Source: Xanthobacteraceae bacterium (lineage in GTDB: Bacteria; Pseudomonadota; Alphaproteobacteria; Rhizobiales; Xanthobacteraceae). From it: a DNA stretch of 37,515 nt. Both the position numbers and the translations under genes were made by a program. Below, piece by piece: positions 21,582-28,758 of the stretch. The notes below the pieces were generated by a model. That model ran no database searches and was not told the origin of the DNA. It was given only the letters and a program-made list of their open reading frames with translations. Within the stretch, counting starts at the first letter, position 1; every line of letters begins with the position of its first letter. Location of the stretch: the NCBI GenBank assembly GCA_035601915.1, contig DATNNI010000178.1, forward strand, positions 1 to 37,515, given 5' to 3'.

Positions 21582-22376
21582 ATGGCCCGGCGCGTGAAGT
21601 TTACTGTGAAAGCATCGACGGCATTTCTTGTTTCGGGCGCCTTGATTGTTGCGATGTCCGTTCTCTCTCGGGCTTGGGCCGCTCCTCCCGACTTGGACGG
21701 CGTGTGGCTTCCGGACGTCCAGGATCAAAAGCGACAGGAGAAGGAAAACGTGCCGCCGTGGACGCCGGCGGTGCAGCTGCAAATTGCGCATTTGGCCGCC
21801 GAGGAAAAAGCGGGCCGGCCGTTTCTCGTGCTCAGCCATTGTTTGCCGCACGGCATGCCGAGCTGGATGTTGATCACCCACAATGCGTTCGAATGGCTGA
21901 CCACGCGCGGCCGCATCACGCTGCTTGGAGAGGTCGACGGCAACCGCATGCGGCGGATCTACACGGACGGTCGTCCGCACCCCGAAGACCCTGATCTGAC
22001 GCTGCACGGACACTCAATTGGTCATTGGGAGGGCGACGTCCTGGTCGTCGACACCACCGCCGTAGCACCCCAGGCCTACCTTGCGATCAGCGAAGCGGTC
22101 GGCGTTCCTAACAATGGAAACATGCATATTGTCGAGCAATTCCACCTTGCCGCCGCGAACGTCCTGCACGACGATCTGGAAATCACAGCGCCGAAAGTAT
22201 TGACCGGACCCTGGAAGACCAAGCGTATTTTCCGGCGGTATCCGGATCGGCACTACGAGATCACCGAAGGCGAGTGCGAACAGGAGGACCTCGTCCCCGA
22301 GAAAGATCAATTCGGCGACGACATATTCGTATCGCATCCGCAAAACCCGGACGGATCGGTCCGGACCGCGAAATGA
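21582..22376 (+). CDS. secreted hypothetical protein (gene 1 of the five-gene operon)
   Basis: Internal ATG 21582 of track ORF 21513..22376. Signal peptide ...VAMSVLSRAWA|AP. Motifs HCLPHGMPSWM, RRIYTDGRPHPEDP and GHSIGHWEGDVLVVDT. I know no characterised family. The start codon choice is uncertain because the RBS is weak. Confidence 0.65.
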   Translation: MARRVKFTVKASTAFLVSGALIVAMSVLSRAWAAPPDLDGVWLPDVQDQKRQEKENVPPWTPAVQLQIAHLAAEEKAGRPFLVLSHCLPHGMPSWMLITHNAFEWLTTRGRITLLGEVDGNRMRRIYTDGRPHPEDPDLTLHGHSIGHWEGDVLVVDTTAVAPQAYLAISEAVGVPNNGNMHIVEQFHLAAANVLHDDLEITAPKVLTGPWKTKRIFRRYPDRHYEITEGECEQEDLVPEKDQFGDDIFVSHPQNPDGSVRTAK

Positions 22377-22780
22377 GGAAAGCAAAGGTGTTGCAAAAAA
22401 TCGTTTTCATCGCGGCCGCGTTGACGTTTGCTCTGGGCCGTGCGGCGTCCGCGCATCACTCCGGCGCTGCCTACGATATGGACCATCCGCAGACGCTGGA
22501 AGGCAGCGTCAAAACGGTGAACTGGACCAACCCGCATATCACCTTCGTCATTGAGTCCGATGCAAAGGACGGTAAGCCGGCAGAGACCTTGGTGTTCGAA
22601 GTTTCCAGTCCCGGAGTTTTGACTCGCTCCGGCTGGACCAAGCATTCGCTGCAGCCGGGAGATCACGCGGTATTCCATTACGCCCCGCTGCGCGACGGCA
22701 GGCCAGGCGGCTTTTTGATGAAAGTGACCCTGCCGGACGGCAAGGAATTGAGTTTCAGCTTTTCGCCCACCGAACAGTGA
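22373..22780 (+). CDS. small secreted protein, DUF6152-like (gene 2)
   Basis: ATG 22373 overlaps the upstream stop (ATGA). Signal peptide MRKAKVLQKIVFIAAALTFALGRAASA|HHSGAAYD. VNWTNPHITF...RSGWTK..LQPGD matches my memory of DUF6152. Confidence 0.75.
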   Translation: MRKAKVLQKIVFIAAALTFALGRAASAHHSGAAYDMDHPQTLEGSVKTVNWTNPHITFVIESDAKDGKPAETLVFEVSSPGVLTRSGWTKHSLQPGDHAVFHYAPLRDGRPGGFLMKVTLPDGKELSFSFSPTEQ

Positions 22781-22784
22781 CGTT

Positions 22785-23291
22785 ATGACAGGCGCCATCG
22801 TCGGCGACTTTGCTAAGTGGCTCGGGTCGACCTCGCTGAGCCACGCGATTCAGACTGCCGGCTGGATCATTCCGGCGCTGCAGACGATTCATATTCTCGG
22901 CATCGCCGTCCTGTTCTTCTCAGCGGTCATCGTCGACCTGCGCCTATGGGGCGTGCTGGAGCGTGACGTTGCGCTCCGCAACGTGGCACGGCGGTTTCTG
23001 CCGGTAATATGGCCTACGGTGCTGGTCCTCCTACTTACCGGAAGCTTCCTCATTATCGGCGAGCCGCGGCGATCGCTGTTGAACAGCGCCTTCTATCTGA
23101 AGATGGCGCTGCTCGCCTTCGCGCTTGTGCTTACGGTCATCCTGCAATGGTCGCTGTCAGCCGTCCCCGAATTCTGGGAGAAGGATCGCGGCCGGCGCAT
23201 CGCGGGGCGTTTCGCGGCGACACTCTCCATCCTGGCCTGGTGCTCTATCATCTTTGCCGGCCGCTGGATCGCCTATACGCAGGTCGGATGA
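22785..23291 (+). CDS. 4-TM membrane protein, DUF6644-like (gene 3)
   Basis: 168 aa with four hydrophobic helices. Motifs PALQTIHILGI, VDLRLWGV and FAGRWIAYT. Confidence 0.75.
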   Translation: MTGAIVGDFAKWLGSTSLSHAIQTAGWIIPALQTIHILGIAVLFFSAVIVDLRLWGVLERDVALRNVARRFLPVIWPTVLVLLLTGSFLIIGEPRRSLLNSAFYLKMALLAFALVLTVILQWSLSAVPEFWEKDRGRRIAGRFAATLSILAWCSIIFAGRWIAYTQVG

Positions 23292-23794
23292 TGCAAGGCT
23301 TCAGCGACCTCGTCGCTTTCTTCGAGGACAGTAGCCTCGCCGACGCCATCCGCGAGAACGATGTGCTGTTTCCGTCGATCGAATCCGTGCACGTGCTGGC
23401 GATCTGTCTTGTCGTCGGCTCGATCATGGCGGTGGATCTCAGGCTCCTCGGGATCGCCTCGGTGAAGCGTCCGGTGAGCGCCATCACGCGCGGTATTTTG
23501 CCGCTCACATGGGGCGCGTTCGTGGTTGCGGCGGCATCCGGTTTCCTGATGTTCATCTCCAACGCGACCAAATATCTCGGCAACGACTATTTTGTCGCCA
23601 AGCTTTGTCTGATCGCCGCCGCCGGACTGAACATGCTGGTGTTTCACTTCATCAGCGCGGGGAATCAGCCGCGCTGGGACGCGCAAGCGCGGCTCCCGAT
23701 CTCTGCGCGGCTTGCCGGCGGCATCTCGATGTTGCTCTGGATCGCGGTTGTCGCTTGCGGGCGCTGGATCGGGTTCACCATGGAGGCCGGATGA
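23288..23794 (+). CDS. 4-TM membrane protein, paralog of the preceding gene (gene 4)
   Basis: ATG 23288 overlaps the upstream stop (ATGA). Motifs align with gene 3: PSIESVHVLAI, VDLRLLGI, ACGRWIGFT. Confidence 0.75.
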   Translation: MMQGFSDLVAFFEDSSLADAIRENDVLFPSIESVHVLAICLVVGSIMAVDLRLLGIASVKRPVSAITRGILPLTWGAFVVAAASGFLMFISNATKYLGNDYFVAKLCLIAAAGLNMLVFHFISAGNQPRWDAQARLPISARLAGGISMLLWIAVVACGRWIGFTMEAG

Positions 23795-23795
23795 G

Positions 23796-24260
23796 ATGAC
23801 CGGCCGCCTTTTACCCATCGCGTTTGCCACCGCGATCGTTGCCGCCGCGACTCTACGGCCATTGCTGGGCGAAGAAGTCGCGCACATGCCGCCGTTTCAG
23901 CCCCAAGTCGACATGAAAACCTTCATGGAGCATGTGCTGACGCCGGCGGCAAAGATTGTTTGGGGTGTCAATGCCGTGGTAATCGATCCCAAAGGCGAGC
24001 GCGATCTGTCGCCAAAATCGGACGCCGATTGGGAAGAGATCGTGAGCGGCGCGGCGACGCTCGCCGAAGCGGCGAACGCCCTGATGATTCCGCAGCGCGC
24101 ACTCGATCCGCAATGGAACGCCTACGCGAAAAAACTGGGCGACGCCGCGGCCAAGGCTTATATGGCCGCCGAGGCCCACGATCTAAAAACGATTTCCGCG
24201 ATCAGCGACCGGCTCGACGAAATTTGCGCCGCTTGCCATCGGCATTACGGAATCGAATGA
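23796..24260 (+). CDS. class II (cytochrome c'/c556-like) c-type cytochrome, secreted or membrane-anchored (gene 5)
   Basis: ATG 23796, one nt after the upstream stop. N-terminal hydrophobic segment. About 125 aa that looks helical, with a single CAACH heme motif 6 residues from the C-terminus (aa 144-148). Confidence 0.7.
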   Translation: MTGRLLPIAFATAIVAAATLRPLLGEEVAHMPPFQPQVDMKTFMEHVLTPAAKIVWGVNAVVIDPKGERDLSPKSDADWEEIVSGAATLAEAANALMIPQRALDPQWNAYAKKLGDAAAKAYMAAEAHDLKTISAISDRLDEICAACHRHYGIE

Positions 24261-24343
24261 GCGGAGCGAAACGTCATAAACATGGCGCCGCCGGCGAGCG
24301 GCGCGCCACGGCGACGCTAACTAAATGCAATTAGCCGCGATTA

Positions 24344-24946
24344 CTACAGGCCCTCGGCCTTGAGGGCCTCCTGCACTTTTGGCCGAGCAGCCACCCGCGC
24401 AATGAAAGCCGTAAGGTTAGGCCACTTGGCCAGATCGATGCCCACGCGCGGCGACCAGCGCGAGACCACAAACAGATAAGCATCGGCGGCCGTGAACTTG
24501 TCACCGGTCAGATATTGTTTGCCGTCCAGCACTTTTTCCAGCCAGTCGAAACGCTGGGCGAGATTGGCTTTGGAGATTGTCTTATAATCATCCGGCGTGT
24601 TCGGCCGAAACAGCGGCGCGAAGCTCTTGTGCAACTCGGATGACACGAAGCTGAGCCATTCCATCACGCGATACCGGTCCATCGTTCCGGACGGCGGCAA
24701 TACATCGTTGCCCGGCTTGCGATCGGCGAGATACTGGCTGATGACTCCGACCTCAGTCAGTACTTGCCCGTCGTCCAGAACCAGCGCCGGCACCTGATTT
24801 TTGGGATTGATCGTCGACAGCAAGGTGCCGTCGGGAGCGCGGCGCTCGGTGCGATCAAGGGGCGCGATGTCGAGATTGATGCCCACCTCGCGCGAGACGA
24901 TGTGCGGCGCCTGAGAACAGGCGCCTGGCCAGATGTAAAGTTTCAT
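24344..24946 (-). CDS. glutathione S-transferase (beta/GstA-like)
   Basis: Internal ATG 24946 of track ORF 24344..25489(-). MKLYIWPGACSQAPHIVSRE...NPKNQVPALVLDDGQVLTE... Confidence 0.9.
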   Translation of the reverse strand: MKLYIWPGACSQAPHIVSREVGINLDIAPLDRTERRAPDGTLLSTINPKNQVPALVLDDGQVLTEVGVISQYLADRKPGNDVLPPSGTMDRYRVMEWLSFVSSELHKSFAPLFRPNTPDDYKTISKANLAQRFDWLEKVLDGKQYLTGDKFTAADAYLFVVSRWSPRVGIDLAKWPNLTAFIARVAARPKVQEALKAEGL

Positions 24947-25053
24947 TGATGCGCTCCCGGATGAATATGAATGGGATAAAGGATTAAAGGGCCATCTCGT
25001 ATAGATGCGGCCGTGCCGAAGGGCAATGGAAACGGATTGTCTCGTGGAATGGG

Positions 25054-25392
25054 CTATTCCGCCGCCTCGGCGGAAACGGTCGGCGGAAATTCCGTCGTAG
25101 TGCCGGCTTCGTTGTCGACGATCATCAGCAAATCGAAATAGGTGATGACGGGCGTCGAGCCGGTGCGTTTTTCGATATTGGCACGCCAGGCCGCGTCGTG
25201 CCCGCGTTGTGCCGCCTCCTTGGACGGCCAGATGTAAAAGGCGCCGCCGGTGCCGTTTTCGCCGGCGATATAGTGCTTGCGGATCAGTTCCTTGTTGACC
25301 CGCCACTTCACCGCCGTCGGGCGCGCGTCTTCCAGTATTTGCTCGCGGGTCCAGCCGGCCGGATATTTGAACTGGACGTACTCGACAATCAT
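25054..25392 (-). CDS. YdhR-like / Dabb-fold (monooxygenase-like) small protein
   Basis: 112 aa with a GGAGG RBS. MIVEYVQFKYP...GGAFYIWPSKEAAQRGHD resembles the YdhR family as I remember it. Confidence 0.6.
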   Translation of the reverse strand: MIVEYVQFKYPAGWTREQILEDARPTAVKWRVNKELIRKHYIAGENGTGGAFYIWPSKEAAQRGHDAAWRANIEKRTGSTPVITYFDLLMIVDNEAGTTTEFPPTVSAEAAE

Positions 25393-25551
25393 AGGTCAGC
25401 CTCCATGTCGCTTCTTTTATTGTAGCACTATCTGTGCGGCCGGGGCCTTGCGTCGCGGCGGGCCGATCCGTTACAAGAGCGCGGTCCAATATGGATTAAC
25501 GTGGAATTCACCGCATTCCGCGATCTTGACTGAGATTTGGACCGAGGGCTG

Positions 25552-25659
25552 ATGATGGCGAAAAGCCACCAGATTGGCGCGATCAACCGGACGGCCGCTG
25601 CGGCCGGGCCGGGCGCCACCCTCATTCTTGGCGGGCTTCTGCTCCTTATCGCCCCCTGA
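25552..25659 (+). promoter_or_regulatory. candidate leucine leader peptide ORF (35 codons) upstream of leuA
   Basis: Own translation: MMAKSHQIGAINRTAAAAGPGATLILGGLLLLIAP*. GAGGG lies 4 nt upstream. Four consecutive Leu codons (ctt ctg ctc ctt, 25636-25647). The stop lies inside the 5' arm of stem cccctgag(25653-25660)/ctcagggg(25688-25695). Confidence 0.35.
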
Positions 25660-25777
25660 GGGCCGGCTGGGCGTTTGCGCCTGGGCACTCAGGGGAAGGC
25701 TTAAGCCAGGGAACCCAGAGCGTCCCGGGGTCGGATATCTCGCCCGGCGGCGCAGACGAAAAGGAAGCAGAAACATC

Positions 25778-27355
25778 ATGACCGCTCAAACCCAGTCCGA
25801 AAAGGACCGCGTCGTTATTTTCGACACCACGTTGCGTGATGGCGAACAATGTCCCGGCGCCACCATGACGCACGAGGAAAAGCTCGAAGTCGCCGGGCTG
25901 CTCGACGAAATGGGCGTCGACATCATCGAGGCCGGCTTTCCCGTCGCCTCGGAAGGCGACTTCGCCGCCGTCAATGAAATCGCCAAGCGCACCAAGAACG
26001 CCGTCGTCTGCGGGCTGGCCCGCGCCGCCTTCGGCGACATCGATCGTTGCGCCGAAGCCATCAAGCCGGCGGCGCGGCGGCGGATTCATACTTTCTTGTC
26101 CACCTCTCCAGTGCACATGAAGTACAAACTGCAGAAAGAGCCGCACCAGGTCTACGAGATGGTGATCGCCCAGGTGACGCGGGCGCGCCGCTACACCGAC
26201 GACGTCGAATGGTCGAGCGAGGACGGCACCCGCACCGAGCACGACTTCCTCTGCCGCTGCGTCGAAGCGGCGATCAAAGCTGGAGCCACCACCATTAATA
26301 TTCCCGACACCGTCGGCTATTCGGTGCCGGAAGAATATTTCGCGCTCTTCAAGATGGTGCGCGAGCGCGTGCCCAATTCCGACCAGGCGCGGTTCTCCGT
26401 GCATTGCCACGACGATCTCGGCATGGCGGTGGCCAATTCGCTCGCCGGCGTGCGCGCCGGCGCCCGGCAGATCGAATGCACCATCAACGGCATCGGCGAA
26501 CGCGCCGGCAACGCCTCGCTGGAAGAAGTCGTGATGGCAATGCGGGTGCGCAACGACGTCATGCCCTATTGGAGCGCCATCAACGCCAAGATGCTGACGC
26601 GGGCGTCAAAGCTCGTATCTGCCGTAACCTCGTTCCCGGTGCAGTACAACAAGGCGATCGTCGGACGAAACGCCTTCGCCCACGAGAGCGGCATACACCA
26701 GGACGGCATGCTCAAGCACACCCAAACCTACGAGATCATGATGCCGGAGGATGTCGGGGTGAAGCAGACCTCGCTGGTCATGGGCAAGCATTCGGGGCGG
26801 CATGCCTTCGTTCATAAGCTCGAAGAGCTCGGCTATCATCTCGCCGGCAACCAGCTCGAAGACGCCTTCGTGCGCTTCAAGGCGCTCGCCGATCGGAAGA
26901 AGCACGTCTACGACGAGGATCTCGAAGCCTTGGTCGACGAGGAGATCGCGACCGCACAGGACCACATCAAGCTCGTCTCGCTCTCGGTCATGGCCGGCAC
27001 GCGCGGCCCGCAGCGCGCCACCATGAAGCTCGATATCGACGGCCGCTCAATGATCGAGGAGCGCGACGGCAATGGTCCGGTCGATGCCACCTTCAACTGC
27101 ATCAAGGCGATGGTGCCGCACGAGGCCAAGCTCGAGCTTTATCAGGTGCACGCGGTGACCGAGGGCACCGACGCCCAGGCCGAGGTCTCGGTGCGCTTGT
27201 CGGAGAACGGCCGCAGCGTCACCGCCAAGGGCGCCGACCCGGATACGCTCGTCGCTTCGGCGAAGGCTTATCTCGCCGCGCTTAACAAGCTCGTCGCGAG
27301 GCGGCTGCGCGGAGAACGCGAAGAGCGCCGCATCCACTCGACGGATGCGGGGTAG
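25778..27355 (+). CDS. leuA: 2-isopropylmalate synthase
   Basis: Internal ATG 25778 of track ORF 25574..27355. VVIFDTTLRDGEQCPGATMTHEEKLEVA..., HCHDDLGMAVANSLA, and a C-terminal LeuA dimer/regulatory domain. Confidence 0.96.
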   Translation: MTAQTQSEKDRVVIFDTTLRDGEQCPGATMTHEEKLEVAGLLDEMGVDIIEAGFPVASEGDFAAVNEIAKRTKNAVVCGLARAAFGDIDRCAEAIKPAARRRIHTFLSTSPVHMKYKLQKEPHQVYEMVIAQVTRARRYTDDVEWSSEDGTRTEHDFLCRCVEAAIKAGATTINIPDTVGYSVPEEYFALFKMVRERVPNSDQARFSVHCHDDLGMAVANSLAGVRAGARQIECTINGIGERAGNASLEEVVMAMRVRNDVMPYWSAINAKMLTRASKLVSAVTSFPVQYNKAIVGRNAFAHESGIHQDGMLKHTQTYEIMMPEDVGVKQTSLVMGKHSGRHAFVHKLEELGYHLAGNQLEDAFVRFKALADRKKHVYDEDLEALVDEEIATAQDHIKLVSLSVMAGTRGPQRATMKLDIDGRSMIEERDGNGPVDATFNCIKAMVPHEAKLELYQVHAVTEGTDAQAEVSVRLSENGRSVTAKGADPDTLVASAKAYLAALNKLVARRLRGEREERRIHSTDAG

Positions 27356-27367
27356 GGCCACGGCGTC

Positions 27368-27414
27368 ATCACCGGGCCGGCGCGAACGCGCCGTGACCCG
27401 GTGATCCATCTTTT
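27368..27414 (+). terminator. strong nested hairpin plus short T-run downstream of leuA
   Basis: atcaccggg-c-cggcgcg-aa-cgcgccg-tga-cccggtgat, then ccatctttt. Confidence 0.55.
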
Positions 27415-27450
27415 AGAGTCCGAGAAAATGGATTGCCGGGGCAATGACCA

Positions 27451-28656
27451 TCAACGTTTAAGCGGGCAGCCGCTGTCCGCAAGTGAGCGGAAGGCCCGAT
27501 CGGCGGGAATCGCGCCGAGGATTTTGTAGTAATCCCACGGCTCCTTCGATTCTTCCGGCGTTTTGACTTGCGCGAAATACATGTCGTGGAGGAGACGGCC
27601 GTCTTCGCGCAGGCGTCCGTTCTTGGCGAAGAAGTCGTTGACCGGCGTTTCGCGCATCTTCGCCATCACGGCCTTGGCTTCATCGGTGCCGGCGCCGGCG
27701 ACAGCGCCGAGGTAATGGCGGACAGCGGAATAGACGGCCGCTTGCGCCTGCGTCGGCATGGCGCCGTGCCGGGCAAAGAAGCGCTTCGACCAGGCGCGGG
27801 TGTCCGCATCCCGGTCCCAATAAAACCCGGTAACGAATTTTAGGCCCTGCGCGTTCTTCAGCCCGATGCTGTGAATGTCGGTAATGAAGACGAGCAGCGA
27901 GACAATGCTCTGGCCGCCGCGCGTAAGGCCGAATTCGTTGGCTTGTTTGGTGGCGTTGATCATGTCACCGCCGCCGTTGGCGAGTGCCACGACCTTGGCG
28001 CCGGAGGCCTGCGCTTGCAAGAGATACGAACTGAAGTCGGACGTGTTGAGCGGGTGGCGGACACCGCCCAGCACTTGGCCGCCGGCGGCGCGCACCGCGC
28101 TGGTGGCGTCGGCTTCCAGGGAATGGCCGAACGCATAATCGACAGTAAGAAAGAACCAGCTGTCGCGGCCTTCCGCCACGACCGAGCGGGCGAGACTCGT
28201 CGTCAGCGCATAGCTGTCGTAAATCCACGACGCTTCGGTCGGCGTGCAGGACTTGCCGGTAAAGGCTGTGCTGCCGACGGCGCCGGCGATGGCGAGGCGG
28301 TTACGTTGGGCGGCAAGCTGCTCGACCGCGAGCGCCACCGCGGAATTGTCGAAGCCGATGGCGAGGTCCACTCTTTCGGCGTCGAACCACTGCCGCGCAA
28401 TCGCGGCGCCGATGTCGGCTTTGTTTTGGTGATCGGCGAAAATGACATCGACCGGTGTGCCGAGGACCGAATTGCCGGCGTCCTCAACGGCCATTTTTGC
28501 GGCGACCACCGAGCCCGGGCCGCCCAAATCCGCGTAGAGCCCCGATTGATCGTTCAGTACGCCGATTCTGACAATGCCGTCTGAGATTTGCGCTTTGGCG
28601 GAATTAACGCCCGTTATGGGGGCGCAGGCCAATATGAGCGCAAGGGCAAGTCGCAC
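27451..28656 (-). CDS. ABC transporter substrate-binding protein, LivK/Peripla_BP_6 (branched-chain amino acid-type)
   Basis: GTG start. Signal peptide MRLALALILACAPITGVNSAKA. IRIGVLNDQSGLYADLGGPGSVVAAKMAVED... No permease or ATPase genes are adjacent. Confidence 0.85.
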   Translation of the reverse strand: MRLALALILACAPITGVNSAKAQISDGIVRIGVLNDQSGLYADLGGPGSVVAAKMAVEDAGNSVLGTPVDVIFADHQNKADIGAAIARQWFDAERVDLAIGFDNSAVALAVEQLAAQRNRLAIAGAVGSTAFTGKSCTPTEASWIYDSYALTTSLARSVVAEGRDSWFFLTVDYAFGHSLEADATSAVRAAGGQVLGGVRHPLNTSDFSSYLLQAQASGAKVVALANGGGDMINATKQANEFGLTRGGQSIVSLLVFITDIHSIGLKNAQGLKFVTGFYWDRDADTRAWSKRFFARHGAMPTQAQAAVYSAVRHYLGAVAGAGTDEAKAVMAKMRETPVNDFFAKNGRLREDGRLLHDMYFAQVKTPEESKEPWDYYKILGAIPADRAFRSLADSGCPLKR

Positions 28657-28758
28657 ATCATTCCCCGGAGCGGCCGGGGAAGATTAAATGTCGCCTGACA
28701 TCGCTGCAAGGCGGCTAAGATGCGACCAGCACGGCCGCGCCGGGCAGGACTGCACAGT

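Noticed and set aside
25574-25777. Upstream extension of leuA (track ORF of 593 aa starting at 25574)
   Set aside because: The extension is Arg/Pro/Gly-rich and unlike LeuA. ATG 25778 gives the standard N-terminus, with DRVVIFDTTLRDGEQ about 10 aa in.
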